Below, piece by piece: positions 52,230 to 62,791 of a stretch of DNA of 64,000 bases; position 1 is the first letter of the stretch, and each line of letters begins with the position of its first letter. A program made the translations under genes and the position numbers. The DNA is from an uncultured Acidobacteriota bacterium. GTDB lineage: Bacteria > Acidobacteriota > Terriglobia > UBA7540. Under the pieces are notes generated by a model. It was not told the origin of the DNA and did no database searches. It was given only the letters and a program-made list of their open reading frames with translations. The stretch spans positions 1,248,001 to 1,312,000 of the forward strand of contig CAWDSK010000006.1 in assembly GCA_963804995.1 (NCBI GenBank). Reading direction: 5' to 3'.

Positions 52230-53318
52230 ATGAACCCGGCTTCCCTCCTTCCCGACCTCCCACCCGGGGCCCGCATCCTCATCATTCGCCTTAGATCCAT
52301 CGGCGACATCGTATTGTTGACGCCGGCGCTGCGTTTGGTGAAGGAGTGGCGTCCTGACTTGCGCCTCTCCGTAGTGGTGGAATCCCGGTTTAATGAGCTC
52401 TTGGAGGGCAATCCTGCAGTGGAGGAAATCCTCACGCCCGGCCAGGGTTCCGGCTGGGGAAAGTTTACCTCGCGATTTGACCTCATCCGATCCCTGCGCC
52501 GGCGCGCTTTTGCAATCTGCGTGAACTTGCACGGCGGCCCCACCAGCCGCCTGCTTACTCGCTGGAGCGGCGCCCGCTGGCGCGTGGGCTTTGCTCATTA
52601 CCGGGGGTCGGGCCTCTACCACGTCCTGGTTCCGGACGCCCGGACGATACTGAATCAGCCTTCGATTCACACGGCCGAACATCAGGCGGCCGCGTTTTTC
52701 TACTTGGGATTGCCTCGGCAGGAAATCCCGCGCGCCCAACTCTTTTCGGGACTGGCCCAGGCTACTTGGTGGGACGCCAAACGCCAGAGTCTGGGAATCG
52801 CTCCTGAAAAACCTTACGCCATCGTTCATCCCACCGCACTTTACAAAACCAAGGAATGGGCTCCCGAAAGATTCGCGCGCCTCGCCGAACACCTGGAAAA
52901 GGATGCGGGCCTGGCATCCGTCTTTACTTGTGGGCCGGGAGAATCTGCTGTCCTTGACGCCGTGGAGAAGGCCGCTGGCGCGCCGATCCAGCGGCTGGAA
53001 GGGATGGGCCTGGCTCAATTCGCAGCCGCTTTGGCCCGAGCGCGTCTGTTCGTGGGAAATGACAGTGGGCCTGCCCACATGGCCGCGGCGCTGGCTCGGC
53101 CCGTGGTGGTTATTTTCGGGTCTTCGAGCTCTCCCATCTGGGGCCCCTGGCCGCGGCAGAGCGCAAGGCCGGCAGCGCGCGTGGTACAGAATCCCTATGA
53201 TTGCAATCCCTGCCCCGGCGATCACTGCTATCGATTCGACAAGCCCGAGTGTATTCTGTCTGTGACCTTCGATCAGGTAAAAGACGCGGTAGACTCCGTA
53301 CTGGCACAAGCTGATTAG
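52230..53318 (+). CDS. GT9 LPS heptosyltransferase-family protein
   Basis: IIRLRSIGD, K.W..ERF, GNDSGPAHMAAA, IFG. Confidence 0.92.
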   Translation: MNPASLLPDLPPGARILIIRLRSIGDIVLLTPALRLVKEWRPDLRLSVVVESRFNELLEGNPAVEEILTPGQGSGWGKFTSRFDLIRSLRRRAFAICVNLHGGPTSRLLTRWSGARWRVGFAHYRGSGLYHVLVPDARTILNQPSIHTAEHQAAAFFYLGLPRQEIPRAQLFSGLAQATWWDAKRQSLGIAPEKPYAIVHPTALYKTKEWAPERFARLAEHLEKDAGLASVFTCGPGESAVLDAVEKAAGAPIQRLEGMGLAQFAAALARARLFVGNDSGPAHMAAALARPVVVIFGSSSSPIWGPWPRQSARPAARVVQNPYDCNPCPGDHCYRFDKPECILSVTFDQVKDAVDSVLAQAD

Positions 53319-53323
53319 CGGTT

Positions 53324-53725
53324 TCAAAACGGGGAATAGGCAAGGCCCTTGGTCTTGCGATCGACCAGGAGTTCAAGAGGTGGCTGACGATCGTTGATAG
53401 TAAGCGTGACGATGACCGTCCCCGAACCCTTGGAGCGTGAACCCAGAATCTCAAAGGTGCGAATCTTGCCATAATCACCCTTATCGCCCCAGTCGTGAAG
53501 GAAATCCGGGTAGGAGTAAGACTGGCTGGGCTGCCACAGGCGGTAAGCTTCCTGAAAATTGCTTTGCTCCAGAGTCTTGAGAAACTGTGAGACGGCGCGT
53601 TCCTCCGGAAAGTTGCGGAAGAACATGTAAGCCGCCCCGCTCAGGATGATGATCACCAGGGCAAGGGTAACGTAGCGCCCTATCTTACGCGGCGGTTTGG
53701 GAGGTGTGGCATCCAGTAAAGTCAT
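53324..53725 (-). CDS. Membrane-anchored hypothetical protein
   Basis: Single TM then a small alpha/beta domain. Confidence 0.7.
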   Translation of the reverse strand: MTLLDATPPKPPRKIGRYVTLALVIIILSGAAYMFFRNFPEERAVSQFLKTLEQSNFQEAYRLWQPSQSYSYPDFLHDWGDKGDYGKIRTFEILGSRSKGSGTVIVTLTINDRQPPLELLVDRKTKGLAYSPF

Positions 53726-53951
53726 CGGCGATTCTCCGTGGGAGTATAAACGAACCCCCGAGCCCCGTCATTATATTAGATGCGCCGGCAAGTTGTGAGG
53801 AGGGCTGTAGCACAGCCACTCCTGGCTGTGTTGTTGGGCTCGAACCTCGCGCCGCAGTCACAGGCAGGAGTGCCTGTGCTACCGTGCGGGGGTGGCGCGC
53901 CGAGCGCCGGGGTGGTGCTGATAGTGGGGTCAAGCCACTCGCGGTAGATTC

Positions 53952-55064
53952 TCAGAGGGAACGCTTGAAAAGGGCGGTTTCAGCAACCACCATCACCACA
54001 GTGAACACCGCCAGAAAAGCCAGGTCTCCGGCAATGGCCATGATTCCCGTGTTTTTAAGCAGCAGCGCTTTGAACGCATGCACGGCGTAGGTAAAGGGAT
54101 CACATTTGGAAATGACTTGCATCCAGGGTGGAAATCCGTAGATGGGATAGACGGCGCCGCTGGGGAAGTAAAGCAGCGTGTTCAGCACACCGAAAGTGGC
54201 GCGGGGCACCAGGGGGTCATTGACGCGGACCATCAGGAAAAACATCATGCTGATCAGCGCCAGGGAGGTCAAGACGATGACCAGCAGAAGTTTCAGCAGG
54301 CGGATGGGTTCAAGCGGATTGGGTATTCCGGCGATGAAGGATCCCACCGTGGTCAGCACGAGCCCGGCCAAAACCGCCTTGGCCGCTCCGGAGAGATTGA
54401 AGCCGAGGATCAGTTCAAGTTTGGTAATCGGCGTGACCAGATAACCTTCATGCAGGCCGCGCGCTTTATCATCGATATAGATAATCCCTCCGCCAATCAT
54501 CGCGGAAACGAAGATCGCCATGACGATCGAGCCCGACAGGAGGTATTGGATATAGGGAACGTAGGGATAGAGTTCCACGACCGAGAGCGTGACCCCAGTG
54601 GGGACGCGCGGCGTGGCGCCACCTTGATTGTAGGTTCCCACAATATCGCTGAACCCAGCCTCGAGCGCGCCGACCGCGAAGTTGTCGGTGTTGTCTTCAA
54701 TCAGCGCCACTTGCGGCGCATCCTTGGCCAGAACCCGGCGTGAGTAATCGGGCGGAAAATTCAGGACCCCATTGACTCGCCCATCCCGCAAGTCCTGCAT
54801 GGCCTTCTGGAGATCGGAGTAGTCAACCGTTTCAAAGGTCCGCGCGTTGGCGGCGATGGCCCCACACATTTCCCGCAGCTTGACGGTGGGCAGGCCATGA
54901 TCCTGATTGACCACCGCGACGCGCAGGTCCCGGATTTTCCCGCCAAAGGCGTATCCCAGGACGACCAATTGCACGATCGGCATCACCATCGACACCAGGA
55001 TCAGCGTGGGGCTGTGTATAAACTTGCGCAGATCGCGTTCGACAAGTGCCAGGATTCGATTCAT
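53952..55064 (-). CDS. ABC-2 exporter permease
   Basis: Multiple TM segments, LVTP, SGAVYP..P.W..PFTY. Confidence 0.92.
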   Translation of the reverse strand: MNRILALVERDLRKFIHSPTLILVSMVMPIVQLVVLGYAFGGKIRDLRVAVVNQDHGLPTVKLREMCGAIAANARTFETVDYSDLQKAMQDLRDGRVNGVLNFPPDYSRRVLAKDAPQVALIEDNTDNFAVGALEAGFSDIVGTYNQGGATPRVPTGVTLSVVELYPYVPYIQYLLSGSIVMAIFVSAMIGGGIIYIDDKARGLHEGYLVTPITKLELILGFNLSGAAKAVLAGLVLTTVGSFIAGIPNPLEPIRLLKLLLVIVLTSLALISMMFFLMVRVNDPLVPRATFGVLNTLLYFPSGAVYPIYGFPPWMQVISKCDPFTYAVHAFKALLLKNTGIMAIAGDLAFLAVFTVVMVVAETALFKRSL

Positions 55065-55070
55065 GACCTT

Positions 55071-56087
55071 CTACCTTTGCGCCAATCCCGGGAAGAGAGT
55101 GGGAGCCGCATCTTGCAAAGAGTCGCGCAATTGCCGGCCCGTGTAATGCATAAACACATCGTCGAGCGAAGTGCTTTGCACGGAAAGCGAAGTCACCTCA
55201 ATTTGCGCGTCGCGGGCCGCCTCCAGCAGCGCCACCGTGGTCTTGGGACCGTTATCGGAGCCGATGCGGAACACGTGGTCGTCAGACTTCACGTCTTGCA
55301 CGTCCGGGAGGCTTTGCACGGTTTTGAGCCATCCTTCCGGGATGCGCGAAAAACCGACTTCCAGGATATTGTTTCCGGGGATAGAAGCCTTGAGCTTGAG
55401 CGGCGAATCCAGCGCCATCAGCTTCCCATGGTCGACGATGGCAATGCGATCGCAGAGCTTGTCAGCCTCGTCCATATAATGGGTGGTCAGCAGGATGGTT
55501 AATTCCCGTTCATGCTTGAGCCGCATGAGCATTTCCCACACGCCCACGCGGGAAGCCGGGTCAAGTCCGGTGGTGGGCTCGTCCAGAAAAAAGATGCGCG
55601 GCTCATGCACCAGGCCGCGCGCGATCTCCAAACGCCGCCGCATGCCACCGGAGAAATTCTTCACCGGCTTATCCGCCCAAGCCAGCAGATCGACCGCTTC
55701 CAGGAGTTCTTTGGCGATCTTGATGCGGCGCTCCCGCGGAACCCCGTAAAGCTTGGCAAAGATCTGCATGTTCTCCATGGCGGTCAAATCCAGGTCGGAG
55801 GTCATGGCTTGGGGAATAACCCCGATGCATTTGCGGACCTGGTCGGCATAACGAACCACGTCGAAACCCAGAATGCGCGCCACGCCGGAAGTGGGGGGGA
55901 GAAGTGTGGTCAGCACGCGGATCAGGGTGGATTTCCCCGCCCCGTTCGGTCCCAGCAAGCCGAACACTTCGCCGTACGCCACCGTAAAATTCAAATCATC
56001 GACGGCGCAAAAGGTGCCGAAACATTTGCGCAGGTGCTCGACTTCCACCGCGATGATCGTTTTGGGCTGCGTCGGCAATGTTTCCAT
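55071..56087 (-). CDS. ABC exporter ATP-binding protein
   Basis: GPNGAGKST, FSGGMRRRL, LDEPTTGLDP, TTHYMDEA. Confidence 0.95.
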   Translation of the reverse strand: METLPTQPKTIIAVEVEHLRKCFGTFCAVDDLNFTVAYGEVFGLLGPNGAGKSTLIRVLTTLLPPTSGVARILGFDVVRYADQVRKCIGVIPQAMTSDLDLTAMENMQIFAKLYGVPRERRIKIAKELLEAVDLLAWADKPVKNFSGGMRRRLEIARGLVHEPRIFFLDEPTTGLDPASRVGVWEMLMRLKHERELTILLTTHYMDEADKLCDRIAIVDHGKLMALDSPLKLKASIPGNNILEVGFSRIPEGWLKTVQSLPDVQDVKSDDHVFRIGSDNGPKTTVALLEAARDAQIEVTSLSVQSTSLDDVFMHYTGRQLRDSLQDAAPTLFPGLAQR

Positions 56088-56116
56088 AGTTAGGATCCCG
56101 GCCACCCGGAGGGGGT

Positions 56117-57172
56117 TTAGAGGCCGTCTTGCGCGGGCAACGTCACGAAAGCGGTCAGGCCGGGCCACAACCGGCGGTCCTGGTTGTCAACGCGCAAACG
56201 GAGTTCGAAGGTCTTGATGTCCCGCTTGCTTTGGCTCACATCGCGCTGGGTGGCATAGTCAGCGTCGACACCACGATAGAAAACCGATCCCTCGCGCTCC
56301 ATCCCATCGGGAAATCGGACGTGCATGCGGTCGCCCAGGCGGATGCGATCCAGGAACGTTTCCGGCACGTCCGCGCGCACCCAAAGGTCATCCGGATTAA
56401 TAATGGAGACAATCGGTTGGCCGATGTTCACCACTTCACCCTGGCGGGCAGCCAGCACGGAGATGATGCCGGAAATGGGCGCGTGAATCTCCGTGTAGTC
56501 CAGGCGGACTTGCGCCTTGGAGCTTTGCGCGCCGGCGGCGGCCAGTTGCCCCTGCATGGCTAGAAGTTGACTCCGCCGCACCGCAATCTGATCCTGGTTC
56601 GATTGGGCGAGGGCGACCGCGGCGCGCTGGGCATCCACCTGCTTGCGGAGAGATTCCACGTGCGCCTGCTGCGCCTCAAAAGTGGCGCGCGCCTGATCCA
56701 GCGCTTGCTGCGATTCAATCTTCTGGTCGTAAAGGCCCTTGGTGCGCTGATAGGTCAAGCGGTCAAGTTCCAGGTTCGCTTTGGCTTCATTTTCCTGGGC
56801 CACGGCCGCGGCCAGCCCTGCCTCAGCCTGGTTGATCTGGTCACGCGTCTGGGCTTCCTGGAATTTCAGCGCCGCCTCGGCTTCTGTCACCTGCGCGGCC
56901 GTTCCCCGCTGGGTGTGAAGGTAAAAGGACTCGTCCGCCCGCAGCTCCTGGGGTTCGATGACCGCCAGCAACTGCCCGGGCTTTACCACATCACCTTCCT
57001 TCACCAGTACCTGGGCAAGCTGACCCTGGATTTGTGAGCTCGCAATCACATCGTTGGTCGTGACGATGCCGGTCAGGATAATGGGTTGTGGTCTGGTGAC
57101 GGCCTTATAATAAACCACTCCACCCCCCAGGAGGACCAACGCCAGGATGGGTATAATAATCTTGCGCTTCAT
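56117..57172 (-). CDS. HlyD-family membrane fusion protein
   Basis: N-terminal TM, V.EGD.VKPGQ, coiled coil, IHAPISG. Confidence 0.92.
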   Translation of the reverse strand: MKRKIIIPILALVLLGGGVVYYKAVTRPQPIILTGIVTTNDVIASSQIQGQLAQVLVKEGDVVKPGQLLAVIEPQELRADESFYLHTQRGTAAQVTEAEAALKFQEAQTRDQINQAEAGLAAAVAQENEAKANLELDRLTYQRTKGLYDQKIESQQALDQARATFEAQQAHVESLRKQVDAQRAAVALAQSNQDQIAVRRSQLLAMQGQLAAAGAQSSKAQVRLDYTEIHAPISGIISVLAARQGEVVNIGQPIVSIINPDDLWVRADVPETFLDRIRLGDRMHVRFPDGMEREGSVFYRGVDADYATQRDVSQSKRDIKTFELRLRVDNQDRRLWPGLTAFVTLPAQDGL

Positions 57173-57837
57173 GGTTCCCGAGCCTCCGGATTTCGAAAAA
57201 GAGCGTAGCGGATGAACTTCAGTACCTCCGCTTTCCTCGTGGCTAAGTTCGACTTGCTGTAGGGGTCTTGCCCCGTGATCATCCGAAACGCCGGAGCGAT
57301 ATTGAAATAATGCGCCGTCATGCCGGCAATCGAAACGATCGTGTGCCCCTTGTCCAGGCGCCGGAATTCCCCGGCTTTCATTCCCCGCTCGAGCAAGGCC
57401 ACCAACAGCTTCTTGAGGGGAATCGAATACTCGCGCACCATCCGCTCCAAGGTGCGATCACCTTCCATCATCATGCGCTGGAAGATGCGCGGGTAATGCG
57501 GATGAGTTCCGATGAAGTCAAAATGATAACTCACATAACGGAGGAGAGTTGGACCCGCAGACCCCGGGGCCGAAAGTATCTCCTCCGCTTTCCGCTGGAA
57601 TTCCCGAACTTGCGAGCCCACCACCGCCTGGTAAAGGCCTTCCTTGCTCTTGAAGTAGTAATATAACAAGGCCTTGTTCACACCGGCGCTCGCGGCGATG
57701 GCCTCCGTGCGCGCGCCCGCCAAGCCGCCTTCCGCATAGATGCGCTCGGCGGCCCTCAGGATGGCGGCGCGGGTCTCCACACTGTCGTGGTGCCGCGCGT
57801 GATTTGGAATTGCTTTCTTTTTGCTCGCCCTTGCCAT
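57169..57837 (-). CDS. TetR-family regulator
   Basis: IA..AGVNKALLYYYFKSKEGLY. Confidence 0.93.
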   Translation of the reverse strand: MARASKKKAIPNHARHHDSVETRAAILRAAERIYAEGGLAGARTEAIAASAGVNKALLYYYFKSKEGLYQAVVGSQVREFQRKAEEILSAPGSAGPTLLRYVSYHFDFIGTHPHYPRIFQRMMMEGDRTLERMVREYSIPLKKLLVALLERGMKAGEFRRLDKGHTIVSIAGMTAHYFNIAPAFRMITGQDPYSKSNLATRKAEVLKFIRYALFRNPEAREP

Positions 57838-57885
57838 TTAACTAACCAGATAGTTAAATACCATATTTCGCATGGCGGCGTCAAG
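57837..57885 (-). promoter_or_regulatory. TetR operator palindrome and promoter
   Basis: TTTAACTA-N6-TAGTTAAA abuts the start codon; TTGACG..TATTTA upstream on the minus strand. Confidence 0.7.
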
Positions 57886-58667
57886 CACTCCCGCGCGCGT
57901 TGCTCTGCGCCACTAAAGGTCAACATGTTTGCGGCTCGCCCAGATTTTCCAGGTCTGTTTGGTTGCCGCTCGGCCGCGCTGTGATCTCAGCGTTAAAGAT
58001 CGAGAGGCACAACGCGGCAGAGCCGCGACGAGAATGTGCCACGGCCGACTTGCCCCGATGCATCGGGGTCCTGGCCGTGCCGGTCACGGGCGGGACACCC
58101 GTGGCACAGAGGACATGGCGAGTTTCGTTTTGGTGGCGGCTCAACGGCGCGGCGCTACTCGCTTGCTCAACCACGAAGGATAAGAACTGAAATCATAGCC
58201 CTCTCCGAGGGGAGAGGGTGGACCGCCGCCGGCGTTTTCATCAGCCGGGGCGGGATGGGTGAGGGGTTACTTTACCACCCGGCGAGCGGACCCGTCCCCA
58301 ACTATGGAACTGTTAGTGCCTCTTCTAGTTTGGCTGCATATCGTTTGCGTCGCATTGCTTCGAGACGCGGCACTTATCATCGCGAGATTTGGGGTGTGAG
58401 ATGGAGGTGGGAAATCTACACATACGGGCGGGCGAATGGCGAAAAGATCGGGCTCAGTGTCCCGCGCTGGCCTACTTTACGGTTGCAGGCCGGCGAATAT
58501 TTGTCATGTGGGACATGTCCCAGTTGTTGCTCTCCGCGCGCCATAGCGCGCGAGGTCCCACCAACTTTCCCAACTTCATGACGTTTTTTCCCCCTGACTT
58601 TTTAGTTGCAGTTCGGCTGCTCTGCGCCGCTCACTTTACAGCGGCACCAGAAGCCCTCGAGTTCCGC

Positions 58668-59408
58668 TTACGGACCTTTTCCCGTGGTGGGTGGAAATGG
58701 CCGGACGGGAAACGTGTAATAGAATCGCTTCCCTTCCGGCAGGGTAATAAGAACGGTGACGGTATCTTCCGCCTGAGCGTCAGCGGGCACTTGCACGTCG
58801 AACCCGCGGCCGTCCGCCGTCGGTTTGACGACGCCCCGGCCGTCTTGCACGGTGACGGTGCAATTGGCGGTGGTCAGGTTCAGGTCCAGGAAGCGGAGGG
58901 GCATCACGCCACCCGGACGCACGTCGAGCTTGGCGGCAATGAACATGTTTGAGAACTTGCAGGGCAGGAAAGACTGCGATGCGAGGGTGGGAGTAGTGAC
59001 AACACCTCCGTCTTTCAACCAGTCGTCAATGATCGCCACATCTTTCTCGTCAATTTCACCGTTCAAGCTGAGGTCCGCAGCGGCCGGGCACGGGGCTGAG
59101 TCAGTGATAGCCGGCTTGGTGCGAAATTGCGCCAACATCCTGATCAATGCCCGGTCGGCCTCGTCTACACGCCCGTCCTCGTTCACGTCCCCCACGATGT
59201 AGAGCGGTACCACGCTGACTTCAAGGTGCTGAAGCACGGCCACCCGTTGATCGTGGTTGGTAGGCCGATTGGGAGGAGCGGGCGCCTGGCCGTGCGCCAG
59301 CCGCACGTCAAGTCCGGTGGCTAGGAGAATCACGAGTGAGGCAACACGCGCCCAGTATTGGAGGCATCGAAATACATCGCCATGGTAGCCGCAACCTTTT
59401 TGCCGCAT
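58668..59408 (-). CDS. Secreted protein with dockerin-like duplicated Ca-binding loops
   Basis: GDVNEDGRVDEAD and ADLSLNGEIDEKD; signal peptide. Confidence 0.7.
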   Translation of the reverse strand: MRQKGCGYHGDVFRCLQYWARVASLVILLATGLDVRLAHGQAPAPPNRPTNHDQRVAVLQHLEVSVVPLYIVGDVNEDGRVDEADRALIRMLAQFRTKPAITDSAPCPAAADLSLNGEIDEKDVAIIDDWLKDGGVVTTPTLASQSFLPCKFSNMFIAAKLDVRPGGVMPLRFLDLNLTTANCTVTVQDGRGVVKPTADGRGFDVQVPADAQAEDTVTVLITLPEGKRFYYTFPVRPFPPTTGKGP

Positions 59409-59422
59409 GTGGTCCTCCCTCG

Positions 59423-61522
59423 TTAGTAACCTGTCCGCGTGTGGGCCGGTGGGTTGTCCTTGGCGTAGCCGTGGTCGGAATATCCGCCTTTACACTGGTC
59501 CGCATTCTTGAGCAGTTTCCCCGCCAGTCGTTGATAGTTGATCGAGCCCCACCAGAAGTTCTCCCGGACCCAGGTACTGACTTCCTCGCTCAGAACGCTC
59601 TCGATATAGGAGGCGTTATCTGAGGCATCGCCATTTGTGGAGCGTGCGTCGGCGGTGGAGTCCGTAAGCGCCATATCCGCTTCCCACCCGGCGTGAAGAG
59701 GGCAGTCGATCGTGGAGGACATCGAGCAGGTTGCGGTGGCGCGGTTCTCCAGTTCGTCAATCGCCTTGGCAGTCAGACCCGCATAACAGCTAAAATCCAC
59801 CACCACCCAGTCACACACATTCTTATTGGCGGCCTTGTAGTTGTTCTGGTGGAAGTCGCAGCGGTCGATGTAATCACCGGAATCATGGTGTGTCGCCAGG
59901 ATGCCGCAGGCATGGAATCGGTCGTCCTCATAGGCGCATTTGTTTGACTCCACGTCGGAGCACGAACCGTGTCCTCTGAACATCTCGATGCCGAGTTCCA
60001 AACCGCCGCGCAGTTTCGCCCGATGCTCACCTATAGCTTTCCATACTTTCGCCCACTCCGAGCGGTTGTGATCCCGGGCAGCCTTGACTTCATCTTTGTC
60101 AGGGTAAACCTTCTTCCCGATTTCCTTGCCCAGCACAGTCACACCAATCAAATACGCTTCAGGGACCACCTTGAAATCCGGCGTGACGTAATCCACATCA
60201 CACTGCAACTGGCGGAGTTTCCGGCTGATGGCTTGAAAATCCGGTTCGTACCAAACCGCTTTGCTGAAATCAAGAATAAGGGCCGCACAGGGTTTGTCGC
60301 GCTGGGGGCAGTCCGACACCTCCGTCGTGTGCGTGGGCATAGGATTGGAGGGCGGCGTGACAGGTGGAGTGACCGGAGGGGGATTCTCCGGGGGCGTTAC
60401 CGGTGTCGGATTCTCGGGCGGCTTCGTGACCGTGGTGGGCGGCGTCACAGGCGGCGACACGGTGGTCGGCGTCTGGGGTATGGGAGTTACCGGCGTGGGA
60501 TTCTCCACCGGAGGAGTCGTCGGAGTCTCGGGCAGCGGAGGGTTCGCGGGGATTGTGCCAGGAGGCAGAACCGGGTGCCCCAAGAGATGTCCCGCTGCTT
60601 CCTCACGCCGGCGCGCGTTGGCTTCATCCCATTTGGCCTCATCTTCCCACGTTTTCCTGGTCTTCGGGTCGGTCGCTTCCCGCGCGTACCGACGCGCCTT
60701 CTCGGCTTCCTCGTGCCAGAAGCGGGCGCTGTCGATCAGGTCTTGAGCCAACTTCCGGTCGGCTTCGGTCGGCCCCGGCGGCGACACGGGAGCAACTACC
60801 GGCCCCGCTGGCACTGATTCCTTGAAACCCTCCAAATCCTTCGCCGCTTGATCGCAGGCCTCCGCTTGTTGCTGACGCTGCCGGGCAGTCTCCTCCCACA
60901 TTAGCCGGTTGGTAGGATCGGAGGTATTCTTGGCGGTCTCCAGAGCTTCCCGAGCCAGCCTGCGAAACTCCTCGGCGTTCTTTCGCATTGCCTGGGCATG
61001 GCCACTAATTTCCTCCGACTCTCGCGGTCCCACCTGTGGCGCCGGAGGGCTTGGGGGAGTTGGTGCGGCAGGCGTAACCGTAGTCTCCGGGGGCGCAAAA
61101 ATCGTCAGGTGAACCGGCAGGACGGATCGGTCCTGGTGGCAAGTAGGCTCCTTGCGGCAAGTTTCGCATTTCACCAGGACTGTCCCTTGGTATTGGCCAA
61201 GGGCCATTCCGGTGGTGTCAAAACGGACCGGCAAGGCTTGACTGCTGTGGCCGGGAACGGTGGCTTGCGGTTTCGCCAACAACTGAAGAAAAGGAACATC
61301 CACTGGCGTGATGTTGAAGGTGTGCGTACGCTTGCACTCGTTGTGGATGTCGAGGTTGCTGGTTGCCTGGAAGTCAGGTTTCAGGGTCACATTCCAGGCT
61401 GCCTTCTCTTCAGACCCCTGCTGAGCCCGCAACGGGGCGCACAGGGTACACACTCCCAGCCATCCTGAGAGCAATAGAAAAACAATGCGCGCGCGCTGGT
61501 CCATGTCGACGTGTTCCCCCAT
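59423..61522 (-). CDS. Large secreted modular protein (Ig-like, helical repeats, Pro/Thr linker, Cys-rich putative clan-CD domain)
   Basis: Signal peptide, PT-rich linker, MFRGHG and VVVDFSCYAG motifs. Confidence 0.7.
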   Translation of the reverse strand: MGEHVDMDQRARIVFLLLSGWLGVCTLCAPLRAQQGSEEKAAWNVTLKPDFQATSNLDIHNECKRTHTFNITPVDVPFLQLLAKPQATVPGHSSQALPVRFDTTGMALGQYQGTVLVKCETCRKEPTCHQDRSVLPVHLTIFAPPETTVTPAAPTPPSPPAPQVGPRESEEISGHAQAMRKNAEEFRRLAREALETAKNTSDPTNRLMWEETARQRQQQAEACDQAAKDLEGFKESVPAGPVVAPVSPPGPTEADRKLAQDLIDSARFWHEEAEKARRYAREATDPKTRKTWEDEAKWDEANARRREEAAGHLLGHPVLPPGTIPANPPLPETPTTPPVENPTPVTPIPQTPTTVSPPVTPPTTVTKPPENPTPVTPPENPPPVTPPVTPPSNPMPTHTTEVSDCPQRDKPCAALILDFSKAVWYEPDFQAISRKLRQLQCDVDYVTPDFKVVPEAYLIGVTVLGKEIGKKVYPDKDEVKAARDHNRSEWAKVWKAIGEHRAKLRGGLELGIEMFRGHGSCSDVESNKCAYEDDRFHACGILATHHDSGDYIDRCDFHQNNYKAANKNVCDWVVVDFSCYAGLTAKAIDELENRATATCSMSSTIDCPLHAGWEADMALTDSTADARSTNGDASDNASYIESVLSEEVSTWVRENFWWGSINYQRLAGKLLKNADQCKGGYSDHGYAKDNPPAHTRTGY

Positions 61523-61681
61523 TCGCCGTGACGCGGTTTCTCGAACTCAATTACCGGGTTTACCCTTTGGATTACGGATACCGTTAAGTATACACCAGAT
61601 TTTTTCCGAAGGAGTGTCCCAATAACTCCGACGCAAGGGTGGATAGGTGCGGTGAGTTGTGAACGACTGGGTAACAGGAAT

Positions 61682-62791
61682 CTACACTTTCGGCGAGTAG
61701 GTAAATCGCGTGCGGGATTTTTCCTGGTGGCGCTCCAGGGCCAGCGCGACCAGGCGGTCCAGTAGCTCGGAGTAAGGAACGCCGCTCGCTTCCCAAAGCT
61801 TGGGATACATGCTGATGGAAGTGAAACCCGGGATGGTATTGATCTCGTTCAAGTAGACCCTTCCGGTCTTGCGGTCAAGGAGAAAGTCCACGCGTCCCAT
61901 GCCGGCCCCGTCGATGGCTTGAAAGGCGCGCACGGCAACATCCTGAACGCGTTTAGTCTGCTGAGGTGTAAGAGAGGCTGGAATGATAAGGTCAGAGCCC
62001 TCCTTGATATACTTCGCCTCGTAATCATAGAACTCATTGACAGGGACAACTTCCCCCGGCACGGAGGCTTGCGGAGCGTCGTTACCGAGCACCGAGCACT
62101 CGATCTCGCGAGCGTCGATTCCCTTTTCGACCAGTATCTTGCGGTCATACTGCGCGGCCAGATCCATCGCGGCGGGGAGTTCGCGCCGCGTGTGGACCTT
62201 GCTGATTCCCACCGATGAGCCAAGATTCACGGGTTTGACGAAGAGCGGATAGCGCAGCTTCTTTTCGATGCGCTTGCGCACGGTATCGGGATTCTTCTCC
62301 CAATCGGCGCGCAGCACCAGTTCCCAGGGCACGACGGGCAGACCCGCGTCGCGAAACAGGCGCTTCATCACATCCTTATCCATCCCCGCCGCGGACGCAA
62401 GCACGCCCGCCCCCACATACGGGATGTCAGCCAGCTCCAGCAATCCCTGCACAGTGCCATCCTCGCCGAAAGTCCCGTGCAGGACGGGAAAGATGACATC
62501 GACCTCCGGGCGCAGTTTTGTGGCGGAGACTGAGCCCGCCAGGGGCAGGAGTTTGGGCCCGGTGGGATCCACCGAAGGCGTTACAGGGTCGCCACTTTCA
62601 AGAACTTCGGGGAGAAGCGCGATGGCCCCGGAGCCCACCCGCCAGTGTCCCTCGCGCGTAATGCCGATGGGCACAATTTCATACTTGGACGGATCGAGCG
62701 CCTTCAGGATGGAGGCCGCGGAAATGAGCGAAACGTCGTGCTCGCCCGAGCGTCCGCCAAATAGAATCCCCAAGCGGATTTTCTTGGTCAC
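61682..62791 (-). CDS. ddl: D-alanine--D-alanine ligase
   Basis: [37 protein letters not shown]. Confidence 0.97.
   Translation of the reverse strand: MTKKIRLGILFGGRSGEHDVSLISAASILKALDPSKYEIVPIGITREGHWRVGSGAIALLPEVLESGDPVTPSVDPTGPKLLPLAGSVSATKLRPEVDVIFPVLHGTFGEDGTVQGLLELADIPYVGAGVLASAAGMDKDVMKRLFRDAGLPVVPWELVLRADWEKNPDTVRKRIEKKLRYPLFVKPVNLGSSVGISKVHTRRELPAAMDLAAQYDRKILVEKGIDAREIECSVLGNDAPQASVPGEVVPVNEFYDYEAKYIKEGSDLIIPASLTPQQTKRVQDVAVRAFQAIDGAGMGRVDFLLDRKTGRVYLNEINTIPGFTSISMYPKLWEASGVPYSELLDRLVALALERHQEKSRTRFTYSPKV

Noticed and set aside
61682..62791. VanA-type D-Ala-D-Lac ligase
   Set aside because: It has the FYDYEAKY omega-loop typical of D-Ala-D-Ala ligases, and there are no vanH/vanX neighbours.
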